Below, in pieces: positions 12,701 to 25,576 of a stretch of DNA of 64,000 bases. Source of the DNA: Malacoraja senta. Taxonomy: Eukaryota. Each line of letters begins with the position of its first letter. The stretch's first letter is position 1. A program made the translations under genes and the position numbers. Location of the stretch: assembly GCA_038087875.1 (NCBI GenBank), contig CM075991.1, forward strand, positions 8,124,001 through 8,188,000, written 5' to 3'. The notes beneath the pieces were generated by a model. The model did not search any database, was not told where the DNA came from, and was given only the letters and a program-made list of their open reading frames with translations.

Positions 12701-13694
12701 TTAGAAAGGAGATGAGGTGGAATTTCTATAGTCAGAGGGTGGTGAATCTGTGGAATTCATTGCCACAGAAGGCTGTGGATGTCAAGTCATTGGATATTTT
12801 TAAGGCGGAGATTGACAGATTCTTGATTAGTAATGGTGTCAGGGGTTACGGGGAGAAGGCAGGAGAATGGGGTTGAGGGAAAGATGGATCGGCCATGAGT
12901 GAATGGCGGAGTAGACTTCATAAGTTCATAAGTGATAGGAGCAGAATTAGGCCATGCGGCCTATGAAGTCTACTCCGCCATTCAATCATGGCTGTCCCAC
13001 TGATGTGCCGAATGGCCTAATTTTGCTCCTAGAACATGAATTTATAAATATTTATTTTTGCTTATTTATATATTTTTCAGGATGTAGACACCACTAGTCA
13101 GGCCATTATTTGTTGCCTATCCCTATGAGGTGCTAGTAGTGAGGAGATGGACAGTACTTATGCAGAGCACGGGAAGATGATTAGACTCTCTTGCTTGAGA
13201 TAGTCATTGAGTGAGATTACTTTGACATGATTGTTCATTCCCACGACTAGCTCATGTCCAAATATTGTCCGGATCTTGGTGGTTCATCAAAACACAAAGT
13301 ACTGGAGGAACTCAATGGATCAGAGAGCTTCTGTGGAGGGAATGTACAGGAGACCTTTTGGGTCTGAAGAAGTGTCCTGATCCAAATGGTCACCTGTCCA
13401 GTCCCACCCCAGATGCTGCCTGACCCGCCGAGTATAGTTTAGTTTATAGATACAGAGCAGAAACAGGCCCTTCGGCCCACCGAGTCCGCACCGACCAGCG
13501 ATCTCCGCACACTAACACTATCCTACACACACTAGGAACAATTTATTCCACAAAGAAGAACAAATAATCCTGTGTCAGCAGCTAACTATCAAACCCAACA
13601 TTTTCTAGCAAATTTTGAACAGATTTAATTTATTCCAACTGGGAGGTATTTTACTCTAAATTCTGTATGCTCACCGACTTAAATACAAGAACTA

Positions 13695-14760
13695 CTTGCA
13701 ACAAGGCAAAACATCCCAAGGTGCCTCTTAGGAAGATTATCAAACTAAAGTTCGGCTGGAGAGATGTTGAGTGAAAATGCCGAAGGGTTTGATCAAAGAG
13801 ACTCCTTAAAGAACGTTTTTTAGTTTAGAGATACAGCGCGGAAACAGGCCCTTCGGCCCACCAAGTCCGTGCCGACCAGCCATCCCCACACATTAACACT
13901 ATCCTACACACACTAAAGGCATTTTACATTGATACCAAGGCAAATAACCTACAAACTTGCGCGTCTTTGAAGTGTGGGAGGAAAGCCAAAGATCGGAGAA
14001 AACCCACGCGGTCACGGAGAGAACGTACTGGCAGCACCCGTAGTCGGGATCGAACCCGGGTCTCTGACGCTGTAAGCGCTGTAAGGCAGCAACTCTACCA
14101 CTGTGCCACTGTGCCGCCATAAAGGTAGTGAGGCGGTGGGGCTTAGGAAGGGATTTCAAAGCTCGGGGTACAGGCAGCAGAAGGCACGGCCATTAATGAT
14201 GGAGGAATGAAATCTCTGATGATAATCGTGTTGTCAGAGCAGCTCAGATGGTCATCCTCGTCCGCAGCAACGCTGGGGTCGAGCATGACTTGTGTTGGCA
14301 GCTTGTGGCACAGTGCTGCAGCGGTGGAGTTGCTGCCTTATAACGCCAGAGACCCGGGTTCGATCCTGACCACTGCCGCAGCCTGTATGGAGTTTGTACG
14401 TTCTCCCCGTGACCACATGGGTTTTCTTCAGGTGCTCTGGTTTCCTCCCACACGCCAAAGCTGTGCAGGTTTGTCGGTTAATTCGGTAAGAATTGTAAAT
14501 TGTCCCTAGTGTGTAGGATAATGCTAGCATACGGGGATCGCTGGTCACCATGGACTCGGTGGGCGAAAGGGCCTGTTTCTGCGGAGTATCTCTAAACGGT
14601 TGGATACAGAGATCAGGAGAAGTTTGCCAATGAAAGGTTTGAAGATAAGGATCAGAATATTAAGCTGAAGCGGGGTCAGTGAGATGGTCCGTGGACTGTT
14701 GTTGACGTAGGTTTGATATGGCAGCAGAGTTTTGGATAACGTCCAGGTTTTATGGTTCGA
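13695..14760 (-). mobile_element. Fragmented old L2-like LINE split by two V-SINEs
   Basis: AAAACATCCCAAGGTG, GGCAGCAGAAGGCACGGCC and GGCAGCAGAGTTTTGGAT blocks typical of L2 3' regions. Confidence 0.4.
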
Positions 14761-15034
14761 TGGTTCCTGTATTATCAAGTACAGTGAAAACCTTTTCTTT
14801 TCATGTACATCAGTTAGGTTATTGCCATAGAGAAGTGTGATCCCCTGCTAGGTACATTGTGCATAGAAACAGCCCACTAAGTCTACATGCAAGTGTCGCC
14901 AGGTTTTGGGATAGTGCTTGTTGGACTCGATGGGCTGAAGGTCTTGTTTCCACGCTGTATTTCTTAAATAAAAATAAACATTTTATCTGACCACTCCGTG
15001 CAGTTGAAACCTTCTAATCCAGACAGCATTCTGG

Positions 15035-15452
15035 TAAACACAAAATGCTGGAGTAACTCAGCGGGTGCGGCAGCATCTCTGGAGAGAAGGAAGGGGTGAT
15101 GTTTCGGGTCGAGACCCTTCTTCAGACTGATGTCAGGTGGGTGAGGGCGGGGGTGGGACAAAGATAGAATGTAGGCGGAGACAGTGAGACTAGTGGGAGA
15201 ACTGGGAAAGGGATGGAGAGAGAAAGCAAGTACTATCTGAAGTCCATCCATTTCCCTTTCCCAGTTCTCCCACTGTCTCCGCCTACATTCTATCTTTGTC
15301 CCACCCCCTCCGCTGACATCAGTCTGAAGAACGGTCTCGACCTGAAACGTCACCCATTCCTTCTCTCCAGAGACGCTGCCTCGCCTGCTGAGTTACTCCA
15401 GCATTTTGTGTCTACCTTCGATTTAAACCAGCATCTGCAGTTCTTTCTTAAG
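15035..15452. mobile_element. Penelope-like repeat as an inverted pair, with hammerhead-like cores
   Basis: ACACAAAATGCTGGAGTAACTCAGC...CCCTTCTTCAGACTGATGTCAG, then its reverse complement CTGACATCAGTCTGAAGAA...GAAACGTC...GAGTTACTCCAGCATTTTGTGT. Many similar copies occur in the window. Confidence 0.6.
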
Positions 15453-15651
15453 CATTCTGGTAAATCTCCTCTGCACCCTCTCCAAAGCCTCCACATCCTT
15501 CCTGTAATGGGGTGACCGGAACCACATGCAATACTCCAAATGCGGCCTAACCAAAGGCTTCGCTGCACCAACGCCGAACCAAAGAGTTGCGTCAATGGAG
15601 ATCTCAATCTTTCCCAAAGGAAGACTCATTCTCTTGTTTTCTCTCCAGCAG

Positions 15652-15816
15652 GATATTGCCTTTTCCCAAATATGGAGCAGGAGCCAGCAGCCTCTGCCAT
15701 GTGCCTTCAGAGTGGAAAGATTCAACTCAGCTACGACACAGCTCTCTTGCAAGATCTGCATCCGACAGCTCAAAGGCGACGAACTGTTCTTTCAGATCAA
15801 CACCTCCATCCTTGAG
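15652..15816 (+). CDS. UNC5D: UNC5D coding exon (UPA domain); tandem CAGCAG acceptor allows an alternative start at 15649
   Basis: 165 nt, ends CTT GAG|GTagg. DIAFSQIWSRSQQPLPCAFRVERFNSATTQLSCKICIRQLKGDELFFQINTSILE; TTQLSCKICIRQLKG and TSILE are UNC5D-like. Confidence 0.93.
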
Positions 15817-16799
15817 GTAGGCTTCACCACAGTGTAGGAGGAGGAGGGGAAACCTCATTCAAACCTACAGAAGAGTGAAAGGCTTGGATAGAGTCATAGA
15901 GTGATTCAGTGTGGCCCAACTTGCCCACACTGGCCAACATGTCCCAGCTACTCTAGTCCCACCTGCCTGCGCTTGGTCCATATCCCTCCAAAACTGTCCT
16001 ATCCATGTACCTGTCTAACTGTTTCTTAAACATTGGGATAGTCCCCTCCTCAACTGCTTCTTCTGGCACTTTGTTCCATACACCCACCACCCTTTGTGTG
16101 AAAATGTTACCCCTCGGATTCCTATTAAATCTTTTCCCCTTCACCTTGAACCTATGTCCTCTGGTCCTCGATTCCCCTACTCTGGGCAAGAGACTCTGTG
16201 CATCTGTTCCTCTCATGATTTTATACACAAAATTAGAGTGGATGTGGAGAGGATGTTTCAATTAGTGGGAGAGTCTAGGACTAGAGGTCATAGCCTCAGA
16301 GTTAAAGGACGTTCTTTTAGGAAGGAGATGGGGATAAATGTCTTTAGTCAGAGGGTGGTGAATCTATGGAATTCTTTGCCACAGAAGGCTGTGCAGGCCG
16401 TCAGTGGGTATATTTAAGGCAGAGGTAGATAAATTCTTGATTAGTACAGGTGTCAGATGTTATGGGGAGAAGGCAGGAGAATGGGGTTACGAGGGAGCCA
16501 TGATTGAATGGCGGAGTAGACTTGATGGGCCGAATGGCCTGATTCCACTTCTATTCCTTATGACCCAACCATGCTCCGAAACACGCTGTTCATAAGTTCA
16601 TGTGATAGAAGCAGAATTAGTCCATTCGGCCCATCAGGTCTACTCCGCCATTCAATCATGGCTGATCTATCTCTCCCTCCTAACCCCATTCTCCTGCCTT
16701 CTCCCAATAACGGTTGCGTTTGATCTGGTGAAGAAAGGACTAGAGTGTGTAAAGACTCACCACAGTGTTTAAAGATGTTTCTTCCTGCGCTGCATCTTT

Positions 16800-17093
16800 A
16801 GACTTTAGACGTTAGAGATACAGCGGGTAAACGGGCCCTTTGGCCCACCCAGTCCGCGCCGATCAGCGATCACCCCGCACGCTAGCACTCTCCTACACAC
16901 TGGGGACAATTTACAATTAACAGAAGCTGATTAACCTGTACGTCTTTGGCGTGTGGGAAGAAACAGGAGCACCCGGAGAAATCCCACGCAGGTCACGGGG
17001 AGAACGTACAAACTCCGTGCAGACAGCACCCGTAGTCAGGATCGAACCCGGGTCTCCGGCATTGTAAGCCAGTGACTCCACCGCTACACCACC
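16800..17093 (-). mobile_element. HE1-type V-SINE
   Basis: Same head, V-domain and tail structure. Confidence 0.8.
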
Positions 17094-17514
17094 CTGGCCT
17101 CTCCGAAATCCCCACTCACTGTAATCAGTGTTAGTAACCGATTCTCCTTAATCGCTGTGGTACGGTCTTCATGACATTAACCAAACCTGTCAGAGAGGAA
17201 AGGCAACGCACCACTTTGTGTGAGCAGCGGTCCCCGCGGTGCGAAGAATTTGTCTTGGATTGTTAAAATGTTGATTTATCACTTTCAGCCATTACGCGAA
17301 ACTGTGCGAGAGGCCTTGCAGAGCACGAGACTCAGCTCTTGAAAGGTATTTCAAACCCAATTGGTGACCATTTTAAAATTACCCTTGTGGCTCTAACCTT
17401 CAAAAGAAGGATATAAATTTATTTAATGATATTGATGTCCCTCTCAAATCCTCGCCATCCCACAGTGAATTAAACGCGTTTGAAATATACAGTAGTTACG
17501 GCTTTAGTGTATAA

Positions 17515-17700
17515 AATGTGGCAGCTAATTTACAAGCTCTCACAATGTGATGATGAATCTCTTTGTTGGTAAAGTTGGTCGGGGAATAAGGATTATTCAG
17601 GGCACCTTGCTTCTTCAAAATTGTGCCGTGGTATCTTTCACAAGTCGAGACAGCATCCCTTATTAAATTCACTGTCCAAAGATCAGCAGCTCTGACAACA
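17515..17700 (-). mobile_element. Highly decayed DeuSINE 3' part
   Basis: CTTCTTCAAAATTGTGCCGTGGTATCTTTCAC...CCAAAGATCAGCAGCTCTGACA resembles the reverse complement of the Deu-domain. Confidence 0.45.
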
Positions 17701-18776
17701 CACTTTAGTTTAGTTGAGAGATTCAGCGTGGAAACAGGCCCTTTGGCCCACCGGGTCCGTGCCGACCAGCGATCCTACACACACTAAGGGCAGTTTACAA
17801 TTATACAAAACCAGTTGAGTTACAAACCTGTACGTCCTTGGAGTGTGGAAGGATACCGGAGATCCCGGAGAAATCCCGGAGAACGCACAAAACTCCGAAC
17901 AGACAAGTCAGGATCAAACCCGGGTCTCTGGGCGTTGTAAGGCAGCAACTCTACCGCTGCGCCACCGTGTCACACTCGGCCTGGTTTTCGTGTTGAAGTT
18001 GCTGGAGCCTGACTTGAAACACCCACTTCAGTCGAAGGAAACATTTCCATCCAAATGTCCCCCACTTCATGCACTTTGTGAACTCTGAACCAGTGTCACT
18101 GGTTGAAGCGTTACCACTTCATAAGTGATAGGAGCAGAATTGGGCCATTCGGCCCATCAAGTCTACTCCGCCAATCGATCATGGCTTTCTATCCTTCCCT
18201 CTCAACACCGTTTTCCTGCCTTCTCCCATAACTCCTGACATCCGTACTAATTCACAACCGTCTCTGGCAACGAATTCCACAGATTCACCTCCATCTGACT
18301 AAAGAAATTCCTCCGCATCTCTTTTCTGAAGGTACGTCATTTTATTCTGAGGCTATGACCTCTGGTCCAAGACTGTCCTTTCCACATCCACTCCATCAAG
18401 GCCCATAAGTTTCAATGAGGTCCCTCCTCATCCTTCTAAACTACAGTGAGTACAGGCCGAGTGCAGTCAAACACTCATTCCTGCAATCATTCTCGTACAC
18501 CCATACTAATCTAGAATCTATCGATCTCTGCCTTAAAATATCCCTTGACGTGGCCTCCACAGTCTTCTGGAGGCTGCTTGTGGGGTTGGAAACTGTAGCA
18601 AGAGGTATAATATTGAGTATATTCCATTCAATAGGAGTACAGGTTTCTTCAACGAAAATTACTTTGAAAGGAAATATTATTACTTGAGCACTTTGATAGT
18701 ATACCTTGGAATTTAAACTTTTGAAGACTTCTCAATCCTCTTGAGTCTTCTGATGAGTGGATCCCATTATAACAAG

Positions 18777-19748
18777 AATAATAAACTTTATTTCGGACTC
18801 GAGGTCCAGACAAGGGACAACATTACATAAAAATACATTGCATTTACTTTCAAGAGAGAGCTAGATAGGGTTAAAGATAGCGGAGTCAGGGGATATGGGG
18901 AGAAGGCAGGAACGGGGTACTGATTGGGGATGATCAGCCATGATCACATTGAATGGCTCGAATGGCCAAATGGCCTACTCCTGCACCTATTGTCTATTGT
19001 CTATTGTCTATATAAAAACATCATAAAATACATATAAAATCTTAGTATATCACTTATAAAAGCATCATAAATTATATATTTAAAAACCCCACAATACATG
19101 AATTAAACTCCAGAATAAAAAAGAATGATCAATGTCTTACAATGAGACAACGATACCAGTGTCTCCACAACTGGGATTCGTAGCGTGTAGTGATGAACCT
19201 TATCTTTGACAAGGCCACAATAATTACATTTTTAGAGTCATTTATCCTGCAAATGAATTTATGCATATGATTTCTTAGGATAGCTTCTAAAGTACTGACT
19301 CCTGCAGCCACAAACATCTTACTAGCACTACACCATCTAGGTTTCCTTAGTAGTGTTCTCATGGCTTCATTATAGGCCACCTTTAGTCTCTGCAAACTTG
19401 TTTTTCCGTAGTTCGACCACAGGTGCGCAGTATAGAGTGGTGTGCAGTATGCTCTAAACAGAGACATCTGCACCACATCTGTACACGCACCAAACTTACG
19501 CTAGAGCGTGTTCGCCTGTACATACAGCATGTGTCGTTGCCTATAAATATCCTCATCATCTGTCATTTGTTCTGTAATAAAATGCCCAAGATATTTTACC
19601 TTATTGCAGATTATTGTCAGACAATTTAAAATCAGGAAATTTTAGACATTTATCCTCTTTGGTTCTACAGATCATAACAGCACTCTTACAAGCATTGTAT
19701 TTAATATCATGTTCCACACCATACACAGAACATATAGTAAGGAGCTGC
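18777..19748 (-). mobile_element. RTE-X-like LINE 3' portion (degenerate), interrupted by a CR1 tail at ~18843-19010
   Basis: KYLGHFITEQMTDDEDIYRQ...SLFRAYCTPLYTAHLWSNY...VAYNEAMR...PRWCSASKMF, with a frameshift and a stop; 3' end GGACCTCGAGTCCGAAATAAAG. Clade call from motif recollection. Confidence 0.6.
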
Positions 19749-19870
19749 AATTGTGGCGATACGTAATGAAGTCCATTTTGGTCTATTAATCTGAGAACAC
19801 ATGGTGTTTTAAAACTATGTTCCATCTGGGCTACAAATAACATTTCCAAAGTACAACTGAACTGAACACT

Positions 19871-20153
19871 AGGGCGGCACGGTGGCGCAGTGGTAGAGCT
19901 GCTGCCTTACATCGCCAGACACCCGGGTTCGATCCTGACTACGGGTGCTGTCTGTACGGAGTTTGTACGTTCTCCCCGTGACCATGTGGGTTTTCTTCGG
20001 GTGCTCCGGTTCCTCCCACACCCCAAAGACGTCCTGGTTTGTAGGTCAATTGGCTTCTGCAAATTGCCCTCAGTGTGTTGGAGAGGGTATGAGTGATTGC
20101 TGGTCGCGGGGGACTTGGTGAGCCTGTTTCCACACTGTATCTCTAAACTAAAA
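19871..20153 (+). mobile_element. HE1-type V-SINE
   Basis: GGCGGCACGGTGGCGCAG...GGTTCGATCC...GGAGTTTGTACGTTCTCCCCGTG...CTGTATCTCTAAACTAA. Confidence 0.85.
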
Positions 20154-21570
20154 ACTTTGTGTCCATACCTATTTAATAGTTATGTGCGAAGCCATTCTTC
20201 AAAACGTTGAGGGTCTCGACTTTCGTCAGTTTACTGGATGTAGAGACACCACTCAGGGTTTTTCCCCGACAGAAGGAAAGGGACATTGAGTGAGAGTTTG
20301 CAATGGCACCAGTGTCCATTTCAAACTGGATTGCGATGGGAAGCATCTTCAAGATGGAGCAAATTATGTTGAAGGCTGATGAAGGATATGCGGTGAAATG
20401 CTATGGATATGCAGTGAAATGATTGATATGGATTATGTGCAGGTAGTTAAGAGTTGGTCTTGGCATCGTGGTTGGCACAGATAATGTGGGCTGAAGAGCC
20501 TGTTCCTGTGCTGTACTATCCTATGTTCAATGTTCTATGCGAGCGAGGAAGCCTGGATGTTTGGTTGATATAGGATATGGGGAAAAAGCAGGAACGGGGT
20601 ACTGATTTAGGATGATCAGCCATGGTTATATTGAATGGCGGTGCTGGCTCGAAGGGCCGAATGGCCTTCTCCTGCACCTATTTCCTATGTTTCTCTGAGA
20701 ATCCGTCTCTGTTTGAAGCCTGTGTCAACATTCTTCATTCTTCTACTCACGAGTGTCGACTGAATTTATACCGAGACTGATCTTGAGGTACAATAATGAA
20801 GTGTAACGCTTGAAAAAACTGCCAGGACCTGGGAACGATATTCTAATTCAACTCATTTATCGTCCCTTTGTCTGAGGAGCCAACTAAGCAGGAGAAAGAA
20901 TAATTTAATAATAGTTTCCTGAAATCATAAATCTCGTATTTATTTGCCGATGACTATCCACCCACCTGCCTTATTAGCCAGCATGGAACTGGGAAGGAAG
21001 CAAGTCATTCTCAACCCTAGGGGGACTGCCTGAGAAGATCTGTTTATTACACAGGGCTATTTAGATAAGATTTATAATCAAGGTTCCATTAATACAACCA
21101 GTGCATGCCAAGCATGTATAATCATTTTGTATTTATGTGCAGCAATTGAAGTGCCACATGGCATCCAGTATCTGTCTCTATGTGAGCTGCTAGCAGGGCT
21201 GGATATAGGAAGGCTTGACAGGACTCGAATGTCCGAGCTGTGGAGAGAGGTTGAACAGGCCGTGACTTTATTCCCTGGAGCGCAGGAGGATGAGGGGTGA
21301 TCTTGTAGAGGTGTATAAAAGCATGAGGGGAAATATGATCGGGTAGACGCACGGAGTCCCCTGGGGAATCGAGGACCAGAGGACATGCAGTAGGTGAAGG
21401 CAATAAGATTTGATGGGAATCCTAGGTGGTAAATCTTTCACACAAAGGATGGTGAGTGGATGGAATGAGCAACCTCAGGAGGTAGTTGAGGCTGCGACTA
21501 CCGCAACGTTAAAGAAACAATTAGACAGCTACAAGGATAGGACAGGTTGGAGGGATATGGCCCAAATGCA

Positions 21571-22105
21571 ATAGACAATAGACAATAGGTGCAGGAGTAG
21601 GCCATTCGGCCCTTCGAGCCAGCACCGCCATTCAATGTGATCATGGCTGATCATCCCCAATCAGTACCCCGTTCCTGCCTTCTCCCCATATCCCCTGACT
21701 CAGCTATTTTTAAGAGCCCTATCTAGCTCTTTCTTGAAAACATCCAGAGAACCTGCCTCCACCGCCCTCTGAGGCAGAGAATTCCACAGACTCACCACTC
21801 TCTGTGAGAGAAAGTGTTTCCTCGTCTCCGTTGTAAATGGCTTACTCCTTATTCTTAAACTGTGGCCCCTGGTTCTGGACTCCCCCAACATCGTGAACAT
21901 GTTTCCTGCCTCTAGTGTGTCCAAACCCTTAACAATCTTATATGTTTCAATGAGATCCCCTCCCATCCTAAACTGTACAAGTGTACAAGCCCAGCTGCTC
22001 CATTCTCTCAGCATATGACAGTCCTGCCATCCCGGCAATTAACCTTGTAAACCTACGCTGCACTCCCTCAATAGCAAGAATGTCCTTCCTCAAATTAGGG
22101 GACCA
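21571..22105 (-). mobile_element. CR1 LINE 3' end
   Basis: WSPNLRKDILAIEGVQRRFTRL...GDLIETYKI...; (ATTGTCT)n tail. Confidence 0.9.
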
Positions 22106-23014
22106 ATGCAGGCAGGTGGGACTAGTGTAGCTGGGACATGTTGGCCGGTGTGGGCAAGTTGAGCCAAAGGGCCTGTTTCCACACTGTGTCACTCTCTATG
22201 ATACGGCAATTCAGGCACGGAGTCACACTACCAATTCCAGCAATAACTTACCATTCAACACTTGCTACAAAGCATTCATAATTGATGAGCAATTCATGCT
22301 TATGGCTGATTCATGGATAATGCAACAGCAAGCGAGCTATTTGATAATGGTTGTGAAGAAGACATTTTAAGGGAATGATTTGTGTAAGAAAGTTATTTTC
22401 CTCTCCCTACTGAAAGAATCGCTGATCGGTTTACATTCATAGAGTCAGAGACGATGGAAACAGTTCCTTCATCCCAACTCATCCATGCCGGCAATGATGC
22501 CCCATCTGAGCTGGTCCATCTTAGGGACGGCACAGTGGCACAGCTGGTACAGCTGCTGCCTCACAGCACCAGAGACCCTGGTTCGATACTGACCTCCGGC
22601 CCTGTCTGTGTGAAGTTTGCACCTTCTCCTTGTGGCAGCGTGAGTTTCCTCCGGGTGCTCCGGTTTCCTCCCTCATCCCAAAGACGTGCAGGGTGATTGC
22701 CCCTGGTGTGTCGGGAGTGGATGCGTAAGAGGGATAAGATAGAACTAGTGTGAACGGGTGACCAATGGTTGGCATGGTTTCGCTGGGCCGACGGGCCTGT
22801 TTCCATGCTGTATTCTTCAAATAAAACCCATGTTTGGCCTATACCCGTGTGGACCTTTCCCAACCTACTGTCACTAGAAGGACAGCAATGGTTCAGCAAG
22901 GTGACACGCCACCTATTCAAGGAGACAATAGATGATGGGACGGCAATAGATCTTGGCCTTGCTAATAGTCTTGCTGTGGGATAACTGATCACTGATAACT
23001 GATAACTGATCTCA

Positions 23015-23290
23015 TCACCCCTGCCATCAGGAAGAAGGTACAGGAGCCTGAAAACTGTAACGACCAGGTTCAGGAACAGCTTCTTCCCTACAGCCATCAG
23101 GCTATTAAACACAACAATCTCATAAGCTATGAACTACAATAGACTATTATTGCTATTGTTTGTTCGTTATTTTCTGAGTTTTTGATATATTTATTATGTT
23201 CACATATTCTGTTGTGCTGCGGCAAGTAAGATTTTCATTGTTCTATTTGGGACATATGACAATAAAACACACTTGACTCTTGACTCTTGA
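23015..23290 (+). mobile_element. Rex1/Babar LINE 3' end
   Basis: LPSGRRYRSLKTVTTRFRNSFFPTAIRLLN, then AATAAA and a (CTTGACT)n tail. Confidence 0.75.
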
Positions 23291-23957
23291 ACGGACTGGG
23301 AGGTTGTGATGTAACAAACATCTGCTGAAAGTTTCTAATACTTTTTGATTTTATGTATGATGTCCAGACACTGCATTTTTTTGGATTCCCACTGACAAAT
23401 ATTCTTATTAATTTAATTTATGAATTAGATGACGGACGAGCGAATAGGTGCAAATATTCACAAAATGAACCCAATTTGGGGTGGCAAAGTGGCGCAGCGG
23501 TAGAGTTGCTGCCTTACAGCGCCAGAGACCCAGGTTCGATCCTGACTACGTTAGGTGCTGTCTGTACGGAGTTTGTACATTCTACCTGTGACTGTGTGGG
23601 TTTTCTCTGGGTGCTCTGGTTTCCTCCCACACTCCAGAGACGTCCAGGTTTGTAGGTTAATTGGCTCCGGTAAAAATTGTAAATTGGCGCTCAAGTGTGG
23701 GATAGTGATGGTGCATGGGGATCGCTGGTCGGCGCGGACGGGGTGGGCTGAAGAAGGGTTGCGAGCCGAAACGTCACCTATTCCTTCTCTCCAGAGATGC
23801 TGCCTGTCCCGCAGTGAGTTACTCCAGCATTTTGTGTCCATCTCCGGTTTCAAACCAGCATCTGCAGTCCGTTCCTACGCTTTGTGTCTTTCCTTGGTGA
23901 ACCAGCCTCTGCAGTTCCTTGTTGCCACTGATCCAAGATGCTTGTCTGTTCCTCCAG

Positions 23958-24134
23958 GGTGAGAGAGAAGCTGTTCTCCTCTGTGCACAGGTTGCAAGTG
24001 GCGTGGCCGGCCTCACAGGCCCCAAGCCCTTTAAGATCCCTATTCCATCCGGCAGAAAATCTGTTCCACCTTCGACTTCCGAGCGCAACAGGCAAAGACT
24101 GGCGGCTGTTAGCACAGAAGCTCCACATTGACAG
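23958..24134 (+). CDS. UNC5D: UNC5D coding exon (start of death domain), with two apparent 1-nt deletions
   Basis: ctccAG|GGT GAG AGA ... GAC AG|GTggg. Restoring one base near 24038-24040 and one near 24077-24080 gives [60 protein letters not shown]. Observed 177 nt; 179 nt is needed for phase. Confidence 0.88.
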
Positions 24135-24254
24135 GTGGGTGGAGTACAGGCGAACAGCCAGAAGAAATGTCGAAATGTCGAAAAGCCAACTTTTATATTA
24201 ATTTGCCTTTAATTTTCTCATTGAATATGTTACAATGAACAATAAACTAAAGCT

Positions 24255-25012
24255 TTTTTTTTTTTTTTTTTTTTTTTGGAAAATATTTTTTATTGGAGAT
24301 AAGTACACAACATATTATCATCATTACCAGTCTTACATTTTTAAATTGATAATATTGTCAATTATTATTACATTGTCTCCAATACCTTTTGCCTTTTTTT
24401 GTTTTTTTAAACTAGATAGAACTAAAAAGATAGATGAAGTAAAGAAAGAAAAGAGAAAGAAAAAAAAAAAAAAAAAAAAAAAGAAAACAGAAAAGAAAAA
24501 AGATAGTTAAAGAAGAATGGAAAAATTTATTAAGATAAAAAACTTCGTTCGAGATATATTCGTACATTTCAGAGTATAACATTTCATCCATTCTTTAGCC
24601 CGAGTGTTTGTCAGGTTCCTGTGCTGAACCATTCTGACCCTTTAAATAATCAATAAAGGGAGACCATGTTCCAACGAATAATTCCTGTTTGTCCAACAGG
24701 GAAAATCTGATTCTTTCCACATTTAAGGTCTCCGTCATTTCTATAATCCACATTTTGATTGTGGGGGTTATAGGGCCTTTCCAAAATTTTAGAATTAATT
24801 TTTTTCCCGTTATTATACTATAATCAATAAAGTTTCTTTGTGTTGTTGTAAATGTTTGATTTCATTCTAATGTTCCGAGTATTATTAATTTTGGATCCGG
24901 GTCCAATTGTGTGCTGGTCACTTTCGATATTATACTGAAAATATGTACCCAGAATTTCAACATTTAGAAGCTAACTTATCTCATATGTTTGCAAACTGTA
25001 TAAAAATTAAAA
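24255..25012 (-). mobile_element. 5'-truncated, 5'-inverted L1-clade LINE with poly(A) tail and TSD
   Basis: Poly(T) on +. Minus strand encodes an L1 ORF2 C-terminus (FWVHIF...LKFWKGPITPTIKMWIIEMTETLNVERIRF...WSPFIDYL, one stop). Flanking direct repeat AATAAACTAAAGCT at 24241-24254 and 25013-25026. Confidence 0.85.
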
Positions 25013-25030
25013 AATAAACTAAAGCTAAGT

Positions 25031-25330
25031 CGGCACGGTAGCGTAACGGTAGAGCTACAGCCTTACAGCGCCAGAGACCCGGGTTAGCTCCTGACTACGG
25101 GCGCTGTCTGTGCGGAGTTTGTACCGTACGTTCTCCCCGTGACCTGCGTGGGTTTTCTCCGATATCTTCGGTCAATTGGGTCGGTATAAATGCAAGAAAA
25201 ATAATGGCTCGTGTGTTAAATAATAGGATAGTGTTAATGTGCGGGGATCGCTGGTCGGTGCGGACTCGGTGGGGACCGGAGGGGCCTGTTTCCCAGTGCG
25301 CGCGCGCTGTATCTCTAAACTAAACCAAAC
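25031..25330 (+). mobile_element. HE1-type V-SINE just upstream of the last UNC5D exon
   Basis: Same structure. Confidence 0.8.
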
Positions 25331-25383
25331 CAAGCTACCGCGTAACCCCTCGTCTCCCTCCTTCCTTCCTTCCTTCCCCCCAG

Positions 25384-25576
25384 GAACCTGAGCTACTTTG
25401 CAATCAAGAGCAGCCCGGCGAGCACCATCTTGGATATATGGGAGGCACAGCATCAACATGACAGGGACCTTGACTCCTTAGCCAGCGCTCTGGAGGAGAT
25501 CGACAGGGTCCAGGGACCCAACTCAATGACACTGGAAGGCGACGGTGACGAGGCGGACTACAACTATGGTGGATGA
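25384..25576 (+). CDS. UNC5D: UNC5D terminal coding exon (death domain and C-terminal tail)
   Basis: ccccAG|G AAC CTG ... [69 protein letters not shown]; HQHDxDLDSLA and DEADxNY are UNC5D-type. Confidence 0.93.

Noticed and set aside
19871..19945. tRNA genes
   Set aside because: The A/B-box sequences are SINE heads continuing into the V-domain, not stand-alone tRNAs.
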